Assembly: GCF_006345805.1 (NCBI RefSeq)
Contig: NC_043000.1
Coordinates: forward strand, 147,312,001-147,376,000
Direction of reading: 5' to 3'
Source: Octopus sinensis
Taxonomy: Eukaryota
Length of the DNA stretch: 64,000 bases
In this document: positions 27,049-39,344 of the stretch, piece after piece
Layout: each line of letters starts with the position of its first letter
Numbering within the stretch: the first letter of the stretch is position 1
Position numbers and translations under genes: made by a program
Notes under the pieces: generated by a model
The model's database searches: none
Told to the model about the DNA's origin: nothing
Seen by the model: only the letters and a program-made list of their open reading frames with translations

Positions 27049-28152
27049 CAGTAATCACTCGCCATATCGCGCCTCAGTACATCGCGGATTTTTCTGGCTA
27101 ATATGTAAGTTCAAATCGTGCACTCCTCAGTATATCGCAGATTTCTGCGGCCGATAGGTATTCATGTTTTAAAATAATAATAATGAAATTATTGTTTACA
27201 GTGCTCAATTATTTATGTGGTAAAGTAAGCATTTTCACGCCTAAAAATAAATTAATTAATAAAAATACAGTACAGTACTGCACTGTATAACACATTAATT
27301 AAAATATATTAAAAGAAAATACGTAGTGTACCGTAGATGAGTAGACAAAGAATCGCACATACTGAATGGAAAACGAAACTCGGGAGGCGAGTGTGTGGTT
27401 TGGTTTTGCATTTGTGTGCAAAATTGTGAATTTATTTCAAGCCCTACGATGTCACCCAAACGTTCTGCACCTTCTAAGATTTCTGATAGTGAACCCAAGC
27501 GCCAGAGGAAGATGCTTACTATGGCAGAGAAGATGAGACTCCTCGACATGCTTAAGGAAGAGAGAAGGTATGCGGATGTAGGCCGCCAAAAGAACTTCAA
27601 AGAATAGCGGAAGATTCGGACACCCAGATGATTCGTGTGTTGCAGTTCAGAAATGTAATCGACGAAGCCATGGAAGTTTATAAAAACCTCCTCACACAGA
27701 AGAAAAGGCAGCGCTGGCAACTGCCCATTACTATGTTCCTTATCCGCAAAAAAGGAGACGACACGGGTAATCCTAAGAGTGTGGGGAATGTTTATAAAAG
27801 CTTAAGTATATAAAAATATTGTTATATTTTGGAATGGTCATTTTGCCAGTTTAGCCAATAAAAACACACGCACTATATATTTGGTGTTATTTTGCTTCAG
27901 TGTTATTTATTTTTTACATTAATCTTAATCTTATTTCGGCCAGAGTTCTTTCGTCACACTCCTGTGACCGCATCAATTTTTATTGACTAAACTGGCAAAA
28001 TGACCACTATATAAAAATAATAAATTAAATATATAAAAATTATAAGAATCATTTTTTAAAATACACAGTACAGTACTGTTTCTACTTTACGGATTTTCAC
28101 CTATCACGTGGGGTTTTGGAAAGTAACACCCGTGATAGTCGAGGAATTACTG
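27049..28152 (+). mobile_element. Internally deleted Tigger/pogo DNA transposon
   Basis: TA|CAGTAAT...ATTACTG|TA imperfect TIRs. MSPKRSAPSK...PKRQRKMLTMAEKMRLLDMLK is a Tigger/CENP-B-type N-terminal HTH. Confidence 0.85.
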
Positions 28153-28758
28153 TATACCGGAAGATTAACGAATGTGGTTATGAGATAAATTCCCACTCTC
28201 AAGTATCCAAATAAACTGTCTATTTGACAACCGATTAGTATGTTTATTTAACTGTTGTAAATGCAGATAATGAAATAATCCTATTTGGAACAGACGAATA
28301 GAACATACAGAAGAGAAAATCTATTCTTCTTTGACTTTATGTAACTAGATTTTTAAATAAGCAAAGATGAAGTCAAGGGAGACTACTTTTAAAATGCTAA
28401 AGTAGCCTCCCTTGAAAGAAGTATTATGTTGAGTAAGTAACCATAAATTATTTTGAACTTCGTGGGAATTTATATTAAACCAACTTTGCAAAGAGAGGGA
28501 GTGTGGGATAGACTATTGTCTGCATATTAGCATATTAGGGATCAATTCCAGATAAATTTTAAAATGGTAGATAGTGAACTGGCACAAATGTGTGTTGGTC
28601 ACAGCGCCCGCGATATTCAGTTACGGCCCTTTAATTCTACCACAGAGATCAACTTTACTTTACAGACATCGATAAAATAAAGTATTAGCCTTTATCGACT
28701 CTGTGTGTGTGTGCGTTGTTTTGGGTTTTTTATAGAACATATTTCTAGAGCATATTTT

Positions 28759-29157
28759 GGATCTTTTCGGTTTGAACGGCAGTTTTTTTTAATAATTTCC
28801 ACGTAACTAAACACTTTTAAACTTCGTATACTGGTAGAATGTGTTTACAAAACATCTTTTTCTCTTGGCTTTATTGAGAAAATTCTATAGTTTGTAAGAT
28901 ACTTGTTTTTTCTTCAATTTCTGCAATTTCAACCAATCAATGGCGTCTATTGAGGTGAAAACATTTTGTGCCGTATGAATATGTTCCTCGTTTAAGAAAC
29001 AGATTGGGTTTATTTACATTTCTGAAGAAAAAAAGATACCCTTCCCCTAACCCTAAAATAGATTGAAATGCAATAGATCGATACTAGGGTCATAATTATG
29101 GGTGACAATTTCGTATGACACCGCTAGAAAAAACTGCCGTTCAAACCGAAAAGATCC
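28759..29157. mobile_element. MITE with 30-bp TIRs and an 8-bp TSD
   Basis: GGATCTTTTCGGTTTGAACGGCAGTTTTTT at both ends, inverted; CATATTTT at 28751-28758 and 29158-29165. Confidence 0.88.
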
Positions 29158-30079
29158 CATATTTTAAATGGAAGTTTTTTCGTTTTGTTTTATTTTATTT
29201 TCGTTTTGTTTTATTTTATTTTCGTTTTCTGTCTGCATTGCATAAGTGTACAACTAACTAGCAGTAGCGCACAGGGACAAATAAATAGGTAATCGACGAG
29301 CTTGTTATTTGCGGGACCCTGGTTCTTGAAGGTATCTTTCAATAAGAGGTTTATGTAAAACCCGGGGAATCATTCAATTTCTGGTCTTCCCAGCCAATGC
29401 TGAGCCATATCTGATTGGTTGAAATTCAAAAATATTTCAATCCTTAAAGTTTAGGTAGTTACTTTATTCTTAATTTCTCCAAAATGTTTGCTATCTTTAC
29501 GTTTGAATACTTATATCTGCGGGACTGCTAAGGAAACCAAAATAATCTGAGAAAATACAAAAATAAACTTGGATATTCTATCTAAGCGAAACGAATACGT
29601 AAATGCTCAAAAGTCACTCATTAAATCTCATTAATTGAAAATATATTGATTTAATGTTCTCTTCAGTGAAATTTTTGAAATATATTTTTATAACTACTTA
29701 GGGATCTTTCCAGATTAATTATTCGACTTGCCTCAGGGTTGGGCTTATTCCTGGTAAAGTATATATGGATAGCAGGTTATAACCTATAACCTTAGATATC
29801 CACATTATTTCTCTAAGCCATCAAATGCTCGAGTCTCTTCTGGTTACCTTTCTTTTTCTTCAGAAGCAAACCCTCTGTAGAAGTTCTACAGGAGATTCCA
29901 TTCCAATCTCCTTTCACTACATGACTATTTCAAAATTCATAGTCCCTGGTGCACCAACTACTACAAATTTCATGTTCCAAATCTTCAGAATCTCAAATTT
30001 TAAGGGGTGTATTTTTTCCACTGTTCACTTACTTTCTTCACAATCCTAAGTATCAAATGGACATGATAGTTCAGCCTCA

Positions 30080-30345
30080 CCTGGCCCCCGTGCCGGTGGC
30101 ACGTAAAATGCACCATCCAATTGTGGCCATTTGCGAGCCTCGTCTGGCACCTGTGCCGGTGGCACGTAAAAAGCACCCACTACACTCACGGAGTGGTTGG
30201 CGTTAGGAAGGGCATCCAGCCGAAGAAACATTGCCAGATCAGACTGGGCCTGGTGCAGCCTTCTGGCTTCCCAGACCCCAGTTGAACCGACCAACCCATG
30301 CTAGCATGGAAAGCGGACGCTAAACGATGATGATGATGATGATGA
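30080..30345 (+). mobile_element. RTE-LINE 3'-end-type short repeat, family E, with a (GAT)n tail
   Basis: GGCGTTAGGAAGGGCATCCAGC...CCATGCTAGCATGG...AAACGATGATG; same sequence as the 3' end of the RTE at 51498-52853. Confidence 0.8.
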
Positions 30346-30919
30346 TTTCTGTAATTTTGCTTCACCCCTCCGCCCACCCATTCATATCATTATTGTCGTT
30401 TGTTATTATTTCTAGTAATCTTTCTTAAGACCCAACCAATTTGAAATATTTTTATAGAAGTATGACAATATGATAATTATTTTTTGTAGATTATTTTATT
30501 AAGTTACTTTAAAACATCATCATTAAAATTAAAAATAAAATACTAACAGATTATTTAATAAGTGACTTTTAAATATTTATATATTCGTTCCGCTTACTCT
30601 GAATACCCATGACTATTTTTGTATCAATCCTCGGATTGTTTGGTTTACTCGTTAGTCCCGCAGCTATATGTACATAAAACCAAAGATAACCCGGCAAAAT
30701 CTATGATTTTCATAATAAGCATTAAAAATTACATCTGTGTAAAAAAAAATTTTAAAAACAATAACACCGGGTATGTAAAACCGAAAAGACCTCATATAAG
30801 TTATATATTTACATAAATAAATTCCTAAAAACACACGCGTAAACAGTTGTCAAAACACGAGCTAACATAAATTTGTTACCTCCCTTGGAAATTCGTGTCA
30901 ATTTAGTAGCAAGTGAAAT

Positions 30920-30931
30920 CCGCTAGAGGGC
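30920..30931 (+). promoter_or_regulatory. CTCF-like core motif CCGCTAGAGGGC, 35 bp upstream of the NIFK ATG
   Basis: Exact match to the CTCF core consensus CCRSYAGRKGGC. A pyrimidine run (CTTCCTCTTTT, 30940-30950) follows. Confidence 0.4.
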
Positions 30932-30965
30932 TCTTGCGTCTTCCTCTTTTAATAATTTGCTAATC

Positions 30966-31076
30966 ATGGCAACTGGTAAATCTTCAAGAAAGGTTCCTAA
31001 ATTACCAGAAAATCTGGCATTACTACCGTCAGAACAGAAAGAATTCGAAAAATTTGCCAACGTCGAGTCTACTAAA
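30966..31076 (+). CDS. NIFK: NIFK coding exon 1 (MATGKSSRKVPKLPENLALLPSEQKEFEKFANVESTK)
   Basis: ATG at 30966, 37 codons, then a GTAAGC donor (phase 0). LALLPSEQKEF resembles the NIFK N-terminal motif (human LSLNPQEDVEF). Confidence 0.88.
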
Positions 31077-31335
31077 GTAAGCCGTTTTAATTAAAATCAT
31101 TATTTTGCCGTAAATCTTTTCAATGTTGACTGTCAAGCACGTGGGGCAGGCACTTGCCTTACATAAACATATTATTGTGTAATTAATTAATTGTTCCTAA
31201 CAATTATCCATTTCTATGTTTTACTTGCTTCATAATCTTCGAACACAAAACCAGTAGAATTTACAAGTTTCCGTAATATTTTGCTTCCTTTCCTTTTACT
31301 GGAAAAGACGGCGTTTTAAATAATAATAATAATGG

Positions 31336-31743
31336 GGCGATCTTTCGTCTCTAGTAGACCTTTCCGTCGATTTCCGTAAAAAAAATTTTTTTTTTTTTTA
31401 CATATGGGCTTGCGGGAACTTTTGAAGTAATGAGAGCGAAAGAGACTAAGAGAAAGCGATTGTATGACGAGGGAAGTTCTTTTGAAGTTACCGTGCATGT
31501 GAAGCATTGATGTACATGTGTGTGTGTGTTTGATGGGGTGTGGGAGACAGACAGTATGTTGTGTAAGTGAAGTGCTTCTGTTAGTGTGTGTGAAGAGACA
31601 GAGTAATGTGTGAAAGAAAGAGATAACTGAAATTTTTTACTCGGTGTATGTGTATTACTTCAAAAGTTCCCGCAAGCCCATATGTAAAAAAAAAAAATTT
31701 TACGGAAATCGACGGAAAGGTCTACTAGAGACGAAAGATCGCC
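31336..31743. mobile_element. MITE with near-perfect about 95-bp TIRs in NIFK intron 1
   Basis: 31336-31431 and 31654-31743 are reverse complements; (TAA)n on both sides. Confidence 0.9.
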
Positions 31744-31769
31744 AATAATAATAATAATAATAAAGATAA

Positions 31770-32100
31770 AACATTGTGTACAGTGCTCAGGTGCACTACA
31801 ACTCATCTAAAGTGTATATATAATCAGGTGAAGTTTCGGCGGATTTCAGAAAGCATGAGGGCCTTAAAGGATGCAGTGTCATGGCAGTCAACAACTGACG
31901 CAGGCAGTTTGTTCCATGCTTCAGCAACTCTGAGCGTGAAGAAATGTTTCCGAAAGTCATGGGAGCTGTGTTTGTTTTCTGACTTTGTAGGCATGTCCAC
32001 GTGTGTTAGACACATGGAGATCAAAAAGGTGTTCAGTGTTGTTGTTGGTGAGGTGGTTGATAACTTTGTGGGTGTTTACCAAGTCCGTCGCCAGTTTTCT
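31770..32100 (-). mobile_element. CR1-like LINE 3' fragment
   Basis: RKHFFTLRVAEAWNKLPASVV is the CR1 C-terminal motif. Confidence 0.8.
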
Positions 32101-32238
32101 GAGTTTGTGATTGAAATCAACATTTAAGCAAAAAATACTTGTCGAAGTGGAGCAAGTTTTATCGACTAGTGATAACCAAGTTGTTTATTATCAGTGGCTG
32201 GAATTTTACAATTGTCGTGTTTTGATATTTGTTTTAAC

Positions 32239-32928
32239 CTAGAGAAGTTTCTTATCCTCGCGAAAATTATAAACGATGTAACAACTAAGGATCTTCGGTG
32301 GGGATAACTACGGATTTCTGTCACCCCCACCGACGACTTTGGATGATCATAACTTTCAGGAAAATGGATATTTTTTAATGAAATTTTCTACGAACATGTG
32401 GCTAATGCAGTTTCGCACCTCTCCTTGTAAAATGCATTTTTATGAACAAAATTTATCGGATCCCGATGCATTTTTTTTTTAAAGTTTTTTTTCAGATTCC
32501 TACGTTTTTGATGTCGGAGGTTACGAATATGCCCCCCCCCCAAAAAAAAAGATTAACCCCACCAACACCACTCTTCCCTCCCATTTAAAATTTTGAACTT
32601 TTTCGAAAATTTTTTTCCCCCCACTATGTTTTAGATGATGGAGATTCCGGATTGCAAGAAACCACGTTTTGAAACTTTTTAATTCAATAAGCTCATTGAT
32701 TGGTGTATAAAGAGACATAGATATGAAAGTCTTCTTTGGGGGTTGTTTTTGGGATGTTACTCTGAAAATTTACCTGTTTTTATTCCCCACTCGGGGGTGT
32801 TTCGGAACAAGTCCATATTTGTTTCATTTTCTGTGTTTGTGCATCTGTGGATTACACACACACACATGTAATTAAAAAAAGTTCAAACGGGGAAATTATT
32901 TCATTCAATATCATGCTTATTATAGAGA
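32239..32928 (-). mobile_element. Possible second Helitron-like non-autonomous family
   Basis: On -, starts A|TCTCTATAATAAGC and ends in CTAG; the hairpin is degenerate. Confidence 0.4.
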
Positions 32929-33025
32929 TTATGTAACAAATTATACTTTACACCTCTATATTTAACTATACATGTATATACTTTTTTTTTATCAAAATGT
33001 TATTGATAATATTTTATTCTAAAAG

Positions 33026-33148
33026 GTAACTGGGCGTGGTGTTGTTTACCTTGGTCGTATCCCCTATGGATTCTTTGAGAACCAAATGAGAGCGTATTTC
33101 AGTCAATTCGGCAAAGTGACTCGCCTTAGGCTATCACGAAGTAAAAGA
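33026..33148 (+). CDS. NIFK: NIFK coding exon 2, RRM with RNP2 ([41 protein letters not shown])
   Basis: AG acceptor, GTAAGT donor, 123 nt, phase 0-0. Close match to human GVVYVRHLP...SYFSQFGTVTRFRLSRSKR. Confidence 0.97.
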
Positions 33149-33349
33149 GTAAGTTTTTTTCCTTATTGTTTTAAATTTGTTTCGGTTTTTTTTCTTTATG
33201 TCTAAGATTTCAGTTCTTTAAACAAGGTCCCCTTCAGTAGGCCTCATATTTTAAAATTAAATAACAAAGTGAAATATAGACTCCCTTACTGAAGCCCATG
33301 TCAGTACAGAAATTAGTGTGATCTGATCCTTTTCAGTTTAATAAATTGA

Positions 33350-33620
33350 ACAGTGCCACCTCGACTGGCTTCTGTGCCGGTGTCACGTAAAATGCACCAA
33401 TCCGACCGTGGCCGTTGCCAGCCTCGCCTGGCACCTGTGCAGGTGGCACGTAAAAAGCACCCACTACACTCACGGAGTGGTTGGCGTTAGGAAGGGCTTC
33501 CAGCTGTAGAAACATTGCCAGATAAGACTGGAGCCTGGTGCAGCCTTCTGGCTTCCCAGATCCCCGGTCGAACCGTCCAACCCATGCTAGCATGGAGAAC
33601 GGACGTTAAACGATGATGAT
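33350..33620 (+). mobile_element. Family E repeat
   Basis: Match to 30080-30345. Confidence 0.85.
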
Positions 33621-34061
33621 TTTGTGTTAAAGTTGTCGTATTTTGGTAATTTCAACCTATCAATGACATGTATTCAGCTGAATAAAATTACTGCTGGTGT
33701 TTGTCACTGTTATTTATGACATATTTCATCTCAGTTACGTTCGTATAAATAAACAAGTGTATCTGAAGCATGTTTACTTCATGGCAACACCATAATCGTG
33801 CGTGCATTTTTACTGCTTTTAGTTTTTTTTGTTTAGGTTTCTTGTTTTTCAGCTACTTTTTTCAGAAAAGACTTTTTTGCCCCCACTAACCCTAAAACCA
33901 AAACCAGTACAAACGCACAAACGAATGTCATAGATAACAGTGACAAACGAAAAATACACCACCGATAGTTGTTGCTGACAAACAGCAATAATTTTATTCA
34001 GTTGAATACACGTCATTGATTGGTTGAAATTACCAAAATACAACTGCTTTAAATCACAAAA
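33621..34061. repeat. Imperfect inverted repeat (about 105-130-bp arms) in NIFK intron 2; MITE-related
   Basis: 33621-33725 pairs with 33925-34061; adjacent 34060-34170 resembles the 28759 MITE. Confidence 0.7.
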
Positions 34062-34169
34062 TAACTTTGAAAATATAAACTTTTCTCAACAACACTAAGA
34101 GTAAAAGATGTTTTATATAACACATTCTATTAGTGTCCGAAGTTTGAAAGTGTTCAGTTACAAAAAATT

Positions 34170-34510
34170 AATTTCTCCATTTGCTGTAACATACATCAAG
34201 ATGTAGGACAAGATACTGTGATAGCCTGGGCTTCCAAGGCCCACAGCTCTTCAATATCCTCCCGAAGAACCTAAGAGACCTGCATGGGATGGATGCAGAT
34301 GTCTTTAAAATGAAACTGGATCTCTTCTTGTCAGGTATCCCAGATGAACCAACTTCACGGCAGGAGGTGCAGATGAGGGCAGCTGCATCGAACTCTCTCA
34401 TGCACCAAATGGCAATTGCTAAAAAGCATTCGTGAAGTAAAATCATGTGGCAACACCAAATGGCGGTGCCCCAGCATGGCCACAGCTCGTGAGCTGAAAC
34501 TAGATAAATA
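34170..34510 (+). mobile_element. CR1/L2-group LINE 3' fragment
   Basis: GPQLFNILPKNLR...FKMKLDLFLSGIPDEP...RAAASNSL. Confidence 0.75.
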
Positions 34511-34589
34511 AATCAAATACTATAAATTGTAAATTTTATCAGCTTTACTGATTCTGTAGTTCTTTCTATTAATATAAGTTAATATTAAG

Positions 34590-35230
34590 GCAGCAAGCTG
34601 ACACGGCTGTTACTGCGCTGGACAAAATTCTTAGCTGCATTTTATCCATCTTTATGTTCTGAGTTTAAATGCCACCAAAGTTGACTTTGCCTTTTCATCT
34701 TTCTGGGGTCAATAAGTAACTATTTCTTTACTACCCACAAGGGGCTAAACACAGAGAGGACAGACAAATGGATTGAGGCGATTATATCGACCCCAAAAGG
34801 ATGAAAGGCAAAGTCGACCTCGGCGGAATTTGAACTCAGAACGTAATGGCAGACGAAATATGGCTACGCATTTTGCCCGGCGTGCTAACGTTTCTGCCAG
34901 CTCGCCGCCTTATGGGGTCAATAAATACCTATTTCTTTATTACCAACAAGGGGCTAAACACAGAGGGGACGAACAAGGACAGACATAGGTATTAAGTCGA
35001 TTACATTGACCCCGAAAGGATGAAAGGCAAAGTCGACCTCGGCGGAATTTGAACTCAGAACATAACAGCAGACGAAATACGGCTACGCATTTCGCCCGAC
35101 GTGCTAACGTTTCTCCCAGCTCGCCACCTTATGGGGTCAATAAATACCAGTTGATCACTGGGGTCAGTGCAGTCAACTTGCCCCTCTCCCCAAAATGCTA
35201 GCGTTGTACCAAAATTTGAAACCAATATAA
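34590..35230. mobile_element. Cluster of SINE family C copies
   Basis: Nested + and - copies. Confidence 0.8.
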
Positions 35231-35373
35231 GTTAATGTTAATTTTATATTAAACATCATAAAGTAAAAGGTGCTTTCTTCTGAAACTCTAATTAATTCAC
35301 TTCTACCCTACTGATAATGAATCTAATTTCTCTCAATTAATTAATGTTTACATTTTGTTTTTGTTTTTTTCAG

Positions 35374-35482
35374 ACAGGAAAATCCAAAGGTTTTGCTTTC
35401 ATTGAATTCTTGAGTGAAGATGTGGCAAAAATTGTAGCTGGAACAATGAATAACTATTTGTTGTTAGAAAATTTACTAAAAT
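35374..35482 (+). CDS. NIFK: NIFK coding exon 3, RRM with RNP1 ([36 protein letters not shown])
   Basis: T-rich tract plus CAG acceptor, GTTAGT donor, 109 nt, phase 0-1. Matches human [29 protein letters not shown]. Confidence 0.97.
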
Positions 35483-36524
35483 GTTAGTATCTACTTTACA
35501 ACAGTCTTTAAAAACCTGTTTTATTTTCCTTGCTTTGATTTTGTAGTACTGAAAGTCTGATATTTTAAATATGGGAGAAAATCAAATCACATAGTTCTGG
35601 GTTCAGTCCCTCTGCATGGCACCTTGGGCAAATGTCTTCCACTTTAGCCTTAGGGCTATAGTAGAAGACAAAAATACCTTGCGGATGGATTTGGTAGACA
35701 GAAATTGAAAGAAGCCTGTCGTATGTAATGTATGTATATTTTTTTATTAATATTTAGCAGAAGTAACAGTGACTCAAGGTCCGAGAGTTTCATACATTGG
35801 CACTTATCAAACTGGCTACAGGTCAAAGACCTAAGTTTATATAGCTGGTGATAAATATATTTCCCTCTGGATTATTCTAAAATCATAGTAATGTCACATG
35901 GATAATTCAAATTGCCTGTTATATTATTCAATAAGCAAATATATGGGAAAAATAAAGAGCAAAAAAAAAAAACCTTGTGCATGTCCTCACGCACACATTG
36001 TTTCTTTACTTATTTGTGTATTTGCTTATTGAACAAAGTAACAAGCAAACAATGTGAATTATTCACATGACATTACGATTTTAAAATTTAATCTAAAAAA
36101 TCCGAAGAGAAATATATTTATCACCAGCTATATATATAAGCTCAACTAGTTTGAGTGCCAGCACACGAAACTCAGATCTTGACTCACTCTATTTCTTCTA
36201 TTAATATTAATAAAAATATATATACACTCGTATTTTGAGTTCTGTTCTTCCTGTTTGCATCAACATATATATAAAGAGGATGAGGTGTGAGTTGGTGACT
36301 CCTTGTCTTAGGGTAGTTGTAAATGAGTGTCACCAGCATACAACAGTGTCCTCGATTTCTAATCTTTGATGAAAACATGCCTTGCCATACCTTACTTAGT
36401 GTTTTAAAGCTGAGTGCCATCTCCTTTCTTTTAACTGTGGTGGCAGATGTTCTTATAGTACCATCAGAACTAAAGATATTCTGTTACAAAAGCTGTGTGT
36501 GTGTTTATATATCATATCATCTGT

Positions 36525-36840
36525 TTTCCGCACTGGCATGGGTTGGACGGTTCAACCGGGGTCTGGGAAGCCAGGGGCTGCACCAGGCTCCAGTCTGATC
36601 TGGCAGTGTTTCTACAGCTGGATGCCCTTCCTAACGCCAACCACTCCACGAGTGTAGTGGGTGCTTTTTACGTGCCGCTGGCACAGGTGCCAGGGGAGTC
36701 TGGCATCGGCCACGATCGGTTGGTGCTTTTAATGTGCCACTGGCACGGAAGCCAGTCACGGCGGCGCTGGCATCGGCCACGTTCAGATGGTGCTTTTTAT
36801 GTGCCACCGGCACAGAAGCCAGTCAAGGCGGCGATAGTCG
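36525..36840 (-). mobile_element. Family E repeat
   Basis: Reverse-complement match. Confidence 0.85.
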
Positions 36841-36959
36841 CATATATATAATCTTTTTTCTATGTTTGGTTGATATTCGAACTGAGAATGAACAGAGCCA
36901 ACAATGTTATCTCTTGCAACAGCATAAAAGCCCCATTACAATACATTTTCAGTAAACAG

Positions 36960-37270
36960 ATAGGTGTCCTTAATCAAATCCAATCTGTTGTGGCTGGGAG
37001 ATAACAGTTTACTCAAAGCTTCCATCACAATCTCAAGACAGCTCCAGAACCTGGTGCATGTGTTCTCACTCTGCCTTTGGGAAGATCTTCAAGCAACTCC
37101 TTGGCCTTGGTGTTGCAAGTAAAACAACTGGCATCTTTCTCAACTGTATCCCATACATTGTAATTTGTGGTATTACAATGACTGGGGTTGGGAGACCAAA
37201 AATGTAGAAATTCTCCAACAATCACTTGTGACTCTTTCTTGCTCAAACTTTTATATCAGAACTTCCATAA
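36960..37270 (-). mobile_element. Decayed Tc1/mariner transposase fragment
   Basis: SPNPSH...NYNVW...CNTK..ELLEDLPK; related to 45300-45720. Confidence 0.6.
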
Positions 37271-37299
37271 GTAAGATGAAGCTAAAATTCATTGTTTAA

Positions 37300-37511
37300 C
37301 CCTTTCGTTGCCAAAACCGGCTCTGGCTCTATAGTATTAATGTCTTGTTTTCATAAGATTTTCATTAAAATATACCACTAAACCTTAGTCACAATTTATG
37401 TTCCTAACACTAGCTTAATGATAACTAAGTTATTTTACAAAATTCTTTGTTATATTTAAAATAATTGAAAGAAATACAGAGCATCTCAAAATAAATACAG
37501 TAATGAAAGGG
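37300..37511 (+). mobile_element. piggyBac-like MITE, family P2
   Basis: TTAA|CCCTT...AAGGG|TTAG; inverted copy at 49172-49385. Confidence 0.8.
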
Positions 37512-37580
37512 TTAGTAAAATTGTGAATATTCCTTGCTTATACTAATGAAATCTTTTATTTTTTTTTTCAATTCCTCCAG

Positions 37581-37798
37581 GTCGGTTCATTCCACCAGAA
37601 GAAGTGAAAGTCAATTTATTCAAAGGATGTAACAGAAAATTCTCAGCACCAAAATCTCATATCATTTCCAGAGATCGACACAATTCAGCTAAATCTACTA
37701 AAGTAATTCGATATAAAACCATTCGTTCCCTGAAGAAGCTCAATAAAAGGGTGGAAAAGCTTAAGGATATAGGTATCGAATTTGATTCAAGCAACTTG
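37581..37798 (+). CDS. NIFK: NIFK coding exon 4 (CRFIPPEEVKVNLFKG...KLKDIGIEFDSSNL)
   Basis: Pyrimidine tract plus CAG, GTGAGT donor, 218 nt, phase 1-0. Matches human CHFMPPEKVHKELFK...KKLAKKGIDYDF. Confidence 0.95.
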
Positions 37799-38281
37799 GT
37801 GAGTAACAGGAGCATGATGAACATGTAGCAACTTTTTTTGATTATTTTACATCTGTTTTTCCATGCCAGCATGGGTGTGATGTAGAGGACATGCCTGGCC
37901 TTCCATACTTACAGGCATGTTATCTACATCCGTCTCTCAGCTGAGAGATCCTACTCTTGCAGACTCGTAGGTGCTGGGTGGCCCGCATAAAAGCACCTAA
38001 TGCACTCTGTAAAGTGGTTGACGTTAGGAAGAGCATCCAATCATAGAAACCATACCAGCTTGGAATCATCATCATCATCATCATCGTTTAACGTCCGTTT
38101 TCTGCGCTAGCACGGGTTGGACGGTTTGACCGAGGTCTGGGAAGCCAGGGGCTGCTCCAGGCTCCAGTCTGATCTGGCAGAGTTTCTACGGCTGGATGCC
38201 CTTCCTAATGCCAACCACTCCGCGAGTGTAGTGGGTGCTTTTTACATGCCACCTGCATATTTAAATGATGATGGTGATATA

Positions 38282-39150
38282 CAAGGTCTGATCGATAAGT
38301 ATCTGTACTGTTGCCATAGTAACGAAGCTAAGGCACGCAGAGTGAAGCTGCTTGGCATAGACTGACCTTGAACTCTGCTGTGCATGCACACTAAGTTTTA
38401 ACGTTCTAGCTCACTTCTGCTGTTTACAGCAGTGCTTGGAAGGAAGATGTGTCATGCGTGATCATTGCATTGACCATGACTGAGGAAGTTGTGGCAATAC
38501 CTGCTCAGAGGCCTATGCAAAGTTGCAGAAAGTGTATGGAGAGGAGTGTATGAGCTGTACACAAGTGGACGAGTGGTTCAGACGTTTCCAAGATGGCTGT
38601 AAAAAATGTCAATATTGACAAACGTTCTGGTAAACCTGCAACCAGCAGAACTGAGAAAATCATCACAGATGTGTGTGCAGCTGTGGTGGGGAAACCACTG
38701 AATCGCCATCTGTGAATTATCAATGGATGTGTAGATTAATTCAGTTTGGTCCATTATCACTGAAGATTTGGGTAGGAGACATGTGTCTGTCAAGTTTGTT
38801 CCAAAACTGCTTTCAGCTGACCAAAAAGACACTTGGGTTTCAGTTGCACAAGATCTGATTGTGCCAAGAACGATAGAAGCTTTTTGAAAACTTTTGCGTA
38901 GACCTCTGAGCAGATGTTGCCAGGCTTTTGGCAAAATTTGATGCAGATTCTGTCATGGTCAATGCGACGATCACACGCTACACACCTTCCTTCCATGCAC
39001 TGCTGTAAACAGTGGAAGTGAGCTAGAGCATTAAAACTTAGTGTGCATGCACAGCAAGGTTCAAGGTCAATCTGTGCCAAGTGGCTTCACTCTGCATGCT
39101 TTAGCTTCATTACTATGACCACAGTCCAGGTACTCATTGATCAGACCACG
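38282..39150. mobile_element. Mariner-derived fold-back element built from two 5' ends
   Basis: TA on both sides. About 240-bp arms (38282-38515 and 38905-39150) are reverse complements. The interior encodes decayed mariner N-terminus (AYAKLQKVYGEECMS...EWFRRF; KFVPKLLS). Confidence 0.85.
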
Positions 39151-39344
39151 TATATATATGCTTACATACATGAGACATTGATATCCTCCTCATAATCCTA
39201 ACCTGTTTTTCAAGTAAGGGTGTTTTTCTGCTACTTGTCATCTAAAGTGCAGAACTACTAGATGGTTTGCTGACAGGGAAATGTCAGTAATTTTAGCTCA
39301 GTTTCGTGCAGTATGTAAAAATTAATATAGCCATATGCACTGTC

